Part shown: piece after piece, positions 54,309 to 64,000 of the stretch
Position numbering within the stretch: the first letter of the stretch is position 1
Layout of the letters: each line of letters starts with the position of its first letter
Assembly: GCA_030141605.1 (NCBI GenBank)
Contig: JAQGDQ010000109.1
Location: forward strand, 310,001 to 374,000
Direction: 5' to 3'
DNA: 64,000 bases
Origin: Tubiluchus corallicola
Taxonomy: Eukaryota; Animalia; Priapulida
Position numbers and translations under genes: made by a program
Notes under the pieces: model-generated
What the model was told of the DNA's origin: nothing
Database searches by the model: none
What the model saw: the letters and a program-made list of their open reading frames with translations, nothing else

Positions 54309-57300
54309 GGTCCAACAACGTTGGTGCGACCTTGGGAACAGGAATAGACCGGCGTAGCCCCGGGGCTTTCATTTACAAAGCCAGAACTGAATACGAGTTT
54401 TAAGTATGACTCACACAAATGATTATTACTTTCACCACACCTTTGCAACTTTAAGAAGAAAAGAATTTCCACTTGAGCGCTCTTAATCGCATGCAAGCAA
54501 TTTCAATGCCATGTGACGCATTTAAAACACCTGCTGTTTAATTATTTGTACGCCACGTTTTGCGGGGTTCCGTTTAACATAACATTAATATTTTGTCGTT
54601 CTGTCTAATTTACGTTATATGTGCAAAAGAAAAACAAACGGGTAAATACCGAACAAAGCCGATTTAAGGAGAAAAAACTACATATTTGTAATTTGAATCA
54701 TTAGATTGTTTTCTCAACTTTTCCAATTTTAAGATCTTTCAAAAAACGAAAAACACGTCCTCAGAATAATTAGGCAAGCCAATAAGTTCACAAATAATAG
54801 GAAACGCAGATGCATAGATTTATGTATGTACGTGCTGCCATCTATCGACGTCTAGAAAATAAAACGTGTCATCGAGTAATATAAAAAATTAAACTTTTAT
54901 TGAGCACAGTATTAACACGATTAGCCAAGAAACTGATGAGCACAGACAATTTTGAGAAAAATACAACTCATGAACAAAAAATACAAACATTGAAAAGAAC
55001 CTATACAATTACAGTCAAATACTGAGATAGACAAATATTTCATGTAGATTATTAGGTAATTATTATAATGTACAACCAAGAGCTTTGTATATAACACATA
55101 CACTAAAACAAGAAATTATTATCATTAATGAGTAACACTAATTTAACCAAATATTCAAGCAAGTCCAGTTCTCAGTAAATCACCTTATTATGGCTTTATG
55201 AAGTTTGAATCAAACTGTCCAGATTTTCACACATGAATTTCAAATTGCACTCAAGTCACTCATGTTAATTAGAAAGAATAAAGTTATGACAACAATTACG
55301 ATACTAGTTAGCAACACTTACGACAAAAAGAACAGAACATTAAAGTAAACATTCATAAACAAAATTACAGAAAAAAAGAGGGAGAAAGTATTATTTCCCA
55401 ACAACCATAAAAGAGAACTCTCTGTTAAAATGTTAGGAAAAATAAAATACATTCACTCGAATAATTATAACGAAAACGCTAAATATTTCGGTAGACCCTT
55501 ATGAAAGAGGATCTATGCAATGACTTACATAAAGGAGAAGCTATATCAATGTCAGCGTTAGCATTAAACACAGAATTTCATAAAAGCAATAACTAATCTT
55601 TTCATCAATCATATGTCAACATAATTCTCAGTCACTTGACAGGCCTAACAATGCTCAAAGTCAACTCACATCTCAACAACGTTATGTTATCTAATAATAG
55701 ACAAGTGGATCAAATGCCTTATCTCATGTTATGCTCGTACATTAAATGGCTTGTGGTCATTTTGTAGCATTAGATTGTCATCCTCATGCAACGCAACAAT
55801 ATGCAACAACATATAATGTGCAATCTATAATCCTGCGTAAAATTATTAGATGTAAAAATAAACAACTATATATATATATAGTATCTTAATTATTTCTTCT
55901 TATCACAATCTTGTAACTAGTAGCAAATAACAGTCAAAAAATTTCAGACTACAGCTCAATTCTTATAGACTAGATATCATAATAGTAATATTAATATTAT
56001 TTCTAATTTAGCACTATTGCAAGGTGGTACAGAAACATCATGACTTACTATTAATTAACTGTTTGTTGTGTGTTATGCAAAAGTCTGCACTTGCATTCTA
56101 CTGCATGAAGTTTTACGGATACAAATTTCTTTCATTTCATTTAATTTATAAATCGACTACACTTTTTAGCAACTACACACGTAAAGAAAAGCAGGTAAAC
56201 AGACAGAGCAAAATGAAAGCATTATTTATGAAGGATGTATGGTCACATTTTATGGAAATACTTCACATAAATCAGTCTATCTGTTGTAATATTTGCGGCA
56301 AACGTCACGCAGTGTTTAAGAAATGTTAGGACAAATTGGGTAATGTCTAATGAGTACGATAATGTTAAAGCCTCATGCAGTTTTAAAAGCACTTTGTTAC
56401 AGAAGTGGTGGTGGTTTATTCGGTATCCAGTGAAGTAATGCATTTATGTCCAAGAATGCTCAGCTATCAAGCGTACAAGTTACAACTCACAAATGCACAA
56501 AATAATGCAATGAAATTGAAACTTAGTTGTGCTCAGCAGCAAATGGGACAAGTAAACAGTAAAGGAAGAGAATCGTGAATTTCATGCAAGACATGTATTA
56601 CTCTGTACATCCAGTAACAGCAAAAACCATAGCACATACTAATAATTCCCTTAATTAATTTGGAAGTAGTGTTCAAACGTATAAGCAAGTAGGACTTAAT
56701 GTAACTGGGAATGTTTATCAAAAAGTATCATGAGCAAAAATTTATTTATGCTACAGGTTAACTGTAGGCTAACACAAACGTAGCCTTCTTTTATGCCATG
56801 CAAACGAAGAATAAGTTCAGACAACACAAAATATTTGAGCCGTTGTACAGGCGAAGCGTCATTTAGATACCCGAATTTAGTAACTCGACTTGCTTTACGA
56901 AAACAACATCAAATAGAAAAAATTCCAACTTTACACATGTGCAATTACAATATATTTCGGGTTCTTTTGGCGCCAGTGCAAAATTACATGAAAGTGAGCA
57001 AGACAATATGACACAACAGCACCACCTAGCAGCACATTCAGTGCCTTGTGTATATAGAGACATCTGTTTTAATATACTGCATACCCTGCTAGCTATTAAC
57101 TAACACTGTTCTGAGTCGCAATTAACGAAAAACTGGCAAAAGCAGCACAGATAATACATAAAAGTTTTTCCTCCCACATAGGAGTGATTTGTCAAATAGT
57201 AATATATATCTATATATCTATATATATATATATATATATCATATGGTACGTTGTGAGCACTTTTAGTCGCCGATTTTTACACCTTGCACAAACAAACAAA

Positions 57301-58679
57301 CATCTTATTACATCTCTGTTAGGTCCCCAGTCTTCACGTTAAATGAAAAAACTTAAAAATGTTTTTGTCTTGTAACCGCGCGAATAAATCTAATTTGAGA
57401 TTCATAAATTTTATACATACACTGAGGACAGCTGTCTCTGAGTAGTTATGCTATTTGTTTCACATCAAGTCAAAACAATCTGATGATGTCTAAAAATGTC
57501 CACCTAATGGATTCAATGTAAATTTCTGGCAGGATTACATTTACTTCGGATAAAGGGTAAATTTATTTACACCCAAGTGCAATGTACAAATACAAAATCT
57601 AATCTGATACACTTCAAATTTTGTTTCTAATTATGGAAACTGCATGCATAAAAACTATTTAAAAATTCTGACACATGATTCTTGGCTTCCAGCCATTATG
57701 AAGCAAGGATTAGAAAAATGATCATCATTCAAAAGTTAGAAATTATGCAAGTTCGGCTAGTAAAACTTTCAAACTTTCAAATAAGTTTTACATTTGATTA
57801 AGGAAATAGTTAAAGTTCAAATTTTTATGCATCATTTCAGGCCAATGTGGCAAACAAGGATTAGAGATATATTCGTTCATCATTCGAATGTCACACAAAC
57901 CCGACTAGTATTCAAAATTCGCAAGTGTAAAATCACAACGTATCCTTGAAAGACAATGGTTAAGGAATATCATTCTCTCAAAACACGTTAGATTAATTTT
58001 AAGTACCATTTTGATAACAGCAGTAGCAACACTGTTCGGTGACTTTTAGAGTGCACTATGATACAACAATTATTTATACCTAAGATAGTACAGTTGCACT
58101 ATAAACGTTCAGTTATATTTACAAACAAAAGAACACATAACAAACAAATCTCAGCTATGTTCACTGGGTATTACAAAAAGTTACTATGGTTTTAACTCAT
58201 GCATAAACTATATCGTTTAATAACCCAACAAAACCGTTTTGGTTTCCTTCTGCTTCAAATACTGAAAAGTACGAATAATCAATAATTTAGTGACAATATG
58301 AGCCTTCCCCAATCATATTAAGCTGTGTTACAGGCAATGTGCAAAATTTAGATTTTTTATAAAATCCCTAGGCATTTTGCATAATACCTATGCATGTTAC
58401 AAAAAGTGCGAAATAAATGTTTTTGCTGTGCCACTTTCACACTGTACTTAGGTGTTTTGTATAACAGCTAGGATGTGTACATGATCTTACAGTATTTTTG
58501 GAAAAATGAAAAATAAACAAATCAGGTTAACTCATGTTCAATCTGACTTTTCCTAGATATATATTTATAATCAACTACATAAAACTTGTAATTCGGTCAA
58601 TGTATTAAATTAAGCAAGCAATTCATGTAAACCAGAAAATTAACTGTTTTATCGGCAATGGATTCATTTTCAGCATCTC

Positions 58680-58990
58680 TGTCACACCAGTCAGCCAAGT
58701 AGACCACCTTCAGTACCTAGGAAGCTTACTTTCTAACGAATGTACTTCCGAGAAAGATACTGAGCATCAAATTGGAGCATTCAGATTCCAGAAATGAAAT
58801 TCGTGGTCTATCAAGCTGCCATCATCTTAACTTTGCTTTGTACCTGTCAAACCTGGACTCTGTGTATTTTCTTGATATCAAGAAGGTTGAATGTTTGCAT
58901 CATGAAACTTTCACAACATTCTGAATACAGAGGTGATTATAGTACATTCCCACCATCGCCATCCTTCTGATGTCCTCAAACATGCCTTCT
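58680..58990 (+). mobile_element. Degenerate RTE-clade LINE fragment
   Basis: Translation gives QVDHLQYLGSLLSNECTSEKDTEHQIGA and KFVVYQAAIILTLLCTCQTWTL. These match the RTE ORF motifs 'F.YLGS' and 'K..VY.A.V...LLYG.ETW'. Confidence 0.8.
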
Positions 58991-59796
58991 GTTAACTCTT
59001 GAATGTCATCTGTGTCACCGTAACTTTTATGCTAGAATTGGTCACCTGAGTCATCAACGTCGCCACCACAGAAGAGAAACGACAATGGGAGTAATTTAAT
59101 TTTTTAAAGACAAGAAAAGGCCAACAAGCGAATGAATGTACTTACTGGATGAACTTGAAAGCACACAGAAACAGGACTAATTTCACACATCCCCTAAAAT
59201 AAAATTCTGTAAAATGCCTAGCAGAAATGTTGAGCACTAGTCTTATTATTACCTTATAATTACATCTTATTACATTATTACGTTTTGTTATTACATTACC
59301 TTAAATATATATATATATATATATGAGGTTCTATAAAATGCCTAGGAAAACTATATCCAGAATCTAAGGATTATACACTTTACCTAGACATACTTTTGCT
59401 TTATATATATATATATATATGATGTCTTGGAAAAGTGCCCTGGTCTGCCCTATAAGAAATTAATTTAGGCACTACATATAAAACACCTAGACACTCTATA
59501 GACTGCCCGGTTTTACACTTTGCCTGTAACAAATGCACTGAATACAATAGGTGCATTAATTTCATGCAGCTCAATTGCATTAAAAGATATCCTCAAGAAA
59601 TCCAAAACATGGCTCAGAATATGCTACAAAGGTTTTCTTTCTTAATTAAATGTATAAAAATAACACACAACATCACCAAAATGAGAACATATCCTGTTTT
59701 AAAATACATTAACGTATAAAGTACTGATAACATGCACCAACAATTACTGAACTTTTAAAACCAACTTTGACTGAAAAGCAAGAAATGTGAAAGCCA

Positions 59797-59868
59797 GGAC
59801 TGAGACTGGATTTGAACCATGACCTTTAGATCGTAAGTACAATGCCGTAACAACTAGACTACAGAGTC
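59797..59868 (-). pseudogene. tRNA-like relic (pseudo-tRNA or tRNA-SINE head)
   Basis: The minus strand reads GACTCTGTAGTCTAGTTGTTACGGCATTGTACTTACGATCTAAAGGTCATGGTTCAAATCCAGTCTCAGTCC. It has an A-box-like TAGTCTAGTTG, a B-box GGTTCAAATCC and a CTTACGA loop, but the acceptor and anticodon stems are mismatched. Confidence 0.7.
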
Positions 59869-60640
59869 GTTTGAATTCATCATCCACACAGATGGCAATT
59901 CTATCCAAATAGCTCAACAAAAATTCAACATTTCCATATGCTGATTTGCTCATGTTAGAATAGTAACTAATTAAATTGATTTTTTTCTGATTCATTTAGA
60001 AGCTATGATTTGTGGGTATTAATAATTAATTATTAATTTATAATTTTACATTCAAAATTACTTATTAATAATGGACTGAACTACTAACTAAGTTTTTCAA
60101 ATCAAATGACCACAGTATGAAAATATGAGAGACTTAACTGGTCTATTGGCCTTTGGATCTGGCCTTTTTATTACAAGTCTTCTGTCATTAATACTAGGCT
60201 ACAAAACCCAGTGATCATGACAGATTTGAATACAGTCCAACAACTTTAATTCAAGATTTACATATGCTAGTTCAAACCCATGTTCAGTCCACATTTTTTT
60301 ACATTCCCTTTACATGACCTTTCAGTTAAGTCTGCTTTTAAAAATTCAAGAATGGCGAGCTCATTGCATCAATTATCGATAATTTTGAAACTGGGCTCAC
60401 AAATAATTAATATGCTAAGATGATGCTGACTGTGCAAAATTAGTTAGATGTTGGCAGATTTGTACTTTAAATGATGTATCTGTTCATCTTGATGGCCACA
60501 TACAAATGATTTTTTACACCAGACACATATCATTAGTATATTTACTACGATAATTATAAATATTATTCATTTCATTGAAATCAACAAATAATCACCCCAT
60601 GATACCCACATTAAACAGATATGGTGCAAACAAACGCAAG

Positions 60641-62257
60641 TCAAGTCATAGCAGTTTTATCATCTATTCTTTCTTGATCATCTCCATCACTTGGCAAGTC
60701 CGACTTGAACAATTTTCTGTGCTTCGCTTGTGTGTCCTCTCGTAGTTTCTGTGACAGAATCTGTAATTTATGCTTCACATCTAGTGATGTTTCCACTTCT
60801 CTGTTGTTAGGTGGATCACCAAGATGGAACGTTGTCCTGGAATGCTCGCACTCCATACTATCATTCGAGCCAGAATGTGACAGAGGTGGAGAAAGTTCTG
60901 CAGCCATTTTACCACGTGGGACGCTCAAGCGATTTTGGCCCTCCGGAGCACTACCCGGCAGAGAGGATGATGTGGAAGAATGTTTTATGAGTTTCTGCAT
61001 GGGAAACACAGTATCTGATGCAGCACTTAAACCGGTAACATTAGATGTAGCAGATTCACGACTGCTACCTACACCATATAGGATGGCCCGCATCCGTCGC
61101 ACTCGTTCCTTTTGCTCTTGACTATCAAGCATCATTTCATGCACTTCGCATATTGACCCGTTCTGCGCACGAATAAATGCTGCAGTAAAACAAATTTGCA
61201 ATTAGCAAATTTGAAAAACAAATACTTAACTTTACATGTCAAATGTTTTGAAAAAAAACATGCACAAAAATATACAAAAAATACTCGAAATTTTGAAAAT
61301 TTTTATTATATTAATAAAATTTAATACCAAGCCTATATAGCAAAATATCTGCAACTAAAAAAGATCAACATCACCAAATTAACAGGTAAGTTTGAATCAA
61401 CACTATTTCAAATGTGATAATAAGTCAGGCACTGGTCATGCCATAAACAGCACTTTACATAGGAATAAACCCTCGAAACTTGAAGTATGCAAATGCTGCA
61501 GCAATTTCAACAACGTTGCAAAGTTAACTGCATAATACTTGGGTATGAATGAAACTTTACAGATATCAAAGCACTGTATACCAACCAGCATAGTTAAAAC
61601 ATACTCACATTTAAAACTAGAATTAGATAAAATAGACCCGTTCATTCCGTTAAGACCCTTTTTGCATGCCTCTTTGTTCTTCTTTTTCTGCCAAAAGGCT
61701 GCAAATGACTAAAAATGAAAAATAAGCATATGAGCTTCAATTAATGAATTGGCACTATATTCGAAAAACACAAAAAGCAAAGAAAGAAGCTGGCATACTG
61801 GTCGGACATTCAATTAATGTATAGTGCTTTTATACTACTTTTACTCTGGCTTATAATCCTTAACCTAATAAATCCATTGTACTCTAACATTCCCATGCAG
61901 TCAGCATTACAGTAATGTAAGTAGCCTTAATGGATTGAAGCTGTAATGGACTGTTTTCCTCTTAGTGAAAAGCTTGGAAAGCAAAAAAGCACACGCAACT
62001 TTTGTGTTCTAACCAATTAGCAATATATGTGTAAAAGAAGTTAACTTACATCCTTATAAACAATGCAGTGGCACACCAAAGTGAAGAAACCCTGAAAAAT
62101 GCATCCAGTATTAGAAGAAAAGAAGTAATTAAATCACACAGAAATACAATTTCACACTCCTTGGTCAGTCTCTCTCTCTCTCTCTCTCTCTCCCTCTCTC
62201 TCCCCCCTCTCTCTCCCCCTCTCCCCCTCTCCCACCCTCCTCCCTCCCTCCCTCCCT

Positions 62258-62316
<59 letters not shown>

Positions 62317-63602
62317 CCCTTTCTGAATTCCAGCTATTTACACTCTGGAAACATCTTAACCTTTTTATAATTATATATCTACACATTTTAAATTTCTTAT
62401 TACCTCGTTTATAAAAAATACTTACAAACAAAGCATTCATTGTGGCAAACAGGACACCATATTTAGTTTCTTCATAGTTCACGTAAAGAATGCTGAAGGT
62501 AACCAGAAGACACAGTAGAATACCAGTAATCAAAGAGCAACCTGCTTTTGTTGTCCTTTAAATTTAAACAAAAACTCAGTTAGAAACTTAAGATTTAGCA
62601 AGACCTTAGATAAAAACTGCCAATTCTACTGAGTTGTGCAATTGACATATTCCAACAAACTACAACACCAAACATGGATTGGTGCAGAACATGCAAGATG
62701 ATGAAATTTGTACAAAATTCTAGAAGTGCACCTAATGGTGCATTCACATGTAGAGACTACTCTCACACATTGTTGCGCAACTTCTCTCTGAGAGTAAAGT
62801 TGCACATGTGAACAGCTTGGCAACTTCTCTTGCAACTTGCTGCGCAACCGCTCTCTGAGAGTAAAGTTGCACGTGTGAACGGCTTGGCAACTTCTCCCAC
62901 AACTTATTGCGCAAGTTAACTCTCAGCAACTCTCGCTGAGGTCCTTTGTCGCAATCAGTTGCGAGAGAAGTTGCCAAGCTGTTCACACATGCAACTTTAC
63001 TCTGAAAAAGAAGTTGCGCAACAAGTTGCGAGAGAAGTCTTTATGTCTGAATGCGTCAGAAGAAACACTACCGTAATATTATAATAATTATTTTGTTTGC
63101 AAAAATAAACTTTCATTATAGCTGAAATATCTACATAACGTTTCCTGATAAACGGTTAGCATACTCACAACATGAAAGCACGTCGACCTCGGGATGTATA
63201 AATGCTAAACTTCTCTTGTGATAGCTCTAGTATTGTGACAATAAGCAAGACGCAATAAACCTAAGAAAAACATTCATGTATACAATCTTTTCTGTGCTCA
63301 ATACAGTAGTCCAAAAATCAATCAGAACAAAATGTGCACCTGTCAATTTCTTTATTGTAATTGAGTATTTTCATTTAACCTTGACCAACACTAATAACGA
63401 ATATAATGGCACGTGGGTACAACAGCAATAAGGGGCAAATGATCATTATGGCACACTACACAAATGTGGAACAGATTTCACAAACCTCATCAATGCTGTT
63501 GTGAAAAAAATCATGCAAATAAAAAGTTTACTTACTGTGAGCAAAAGTCCAGCTGGAGCAAGGAAAATATAGAGCCGATAGTCAGTGAGTGACAGCCAGC
63601 AA
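60641..63602 (-). CDS. Adhesion/secretin-class (7tm_2) GPCR, 3' part (ECL2, TM5-TM7, cytoplasmic tail)
   Basis: Phase-consistent exons: 63602-63536 (CWLSLTDYRLYIFLAPAGLLLT), 63260-63169, 62555-62426 (…YGVLFATMNALF), 62091-62050 (GFFTLVCHCIVYKD), 61708-61609, 61179-60641 (TGA). CWL, 'F..P' and 'F...N...GFF...HC' are class B/adhesion GPCR hallmarks. Confidence 0.85.
62168..62320. repeat. (CT)n / polypyrimidine microsatellite
   Basis: Read directly; lies in a GPCR intron. Confidence 0.95.
62737..63057. mobile_element. Palindromic MITE (possibly PIF/Harbinger-like)
   Basis: The termini GGTGCATTCACATGTAGAGACT and AGTCTTTATGTCTGAATGCGTC are inverted. An internal unit of about 68 bp (GCGCAAC..CTCTCTGAGAGTAAAGTTGCAC.TGTGAAC.GCTTGGCAACTTCTC) occurs twice forward and once inverted. 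Confidence 0.85.
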
Positions 63603-64000
63603 CTGAAAAAAATTGAATTTTAGTGAGACAGAAATAAACAAGAGTATATTGATACCACTACACTTGAATTTGCACATGCATAACCACAAGGAAACAAGAA
63701 ACTATGCTGCCAATGAGTGCAGTTCAGCATCACGTTAGTCTAATTTTATAAGTATCCTAGCTAAAATACATTGACGAAAGGTGGAGTTTCGCAACATCAA
63801 TTCTGGGGACCAAGCCATCTGGGTAAGTTCACCTTAATTTACTTGCAAACACGTCACCCCTTGCCGTGTAACTAAGAACCACCATTAAACAAGAAGAAGC
63901 AATCAGTAAAAGTGTAAAACGTTAAGTAAAGTAAACTACTAATAGATATATATATAAGCATACAAGCACGATTAGCATGTAATGAACTCTCACGTTTAGT

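Noticed and set aside
53885-54496. ORFs with SLSLSL/ERERER
   Set aside because: These are translations of the (GA)n microsatellite. The same applies to 62068-62370.

Overview
This is AT-rich eukaryotic genomic DNA with GT-AG introns. Gene content points to an invertebrate animal, but I cannot name the species. Manual splicing supports four protein-coding genes: (1) a von Willebrand factor A (vWA) domain gene of about 1050 aa with an intronless CDS, an intact MIDAS and a long unrecognised C-terminal region (5452-8616, minus); (2) a 7-exon adenylate-kinase-fold gene with degenerate catalytic motifs (about 14694-19985, plus); (3) a 15-exon inverted-formin gene (INF2/FHDC1-like: DID/FH3, FH1, FH2 and a tail of about 1060 aa; 21364 to at least 39270, minus, 5' end not found); (4) the last six exons of an adhesion/secretin-class GPCR (60641-63602, minus, continuing beyond the window). 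The rest is intron and intergenic DNA with LINE relics, Kolobok-like and other MITEs, a tRNA-derived relic, a 42-bp minisatellite and microsatellites. The most unusual item is the vWA gene, which does not resemble typical animal vWA proteins and may be a horizontally acquired, domesticated gene. That is an inference and needs a homology search. No CRISPR array or prokaryotic system is supported.
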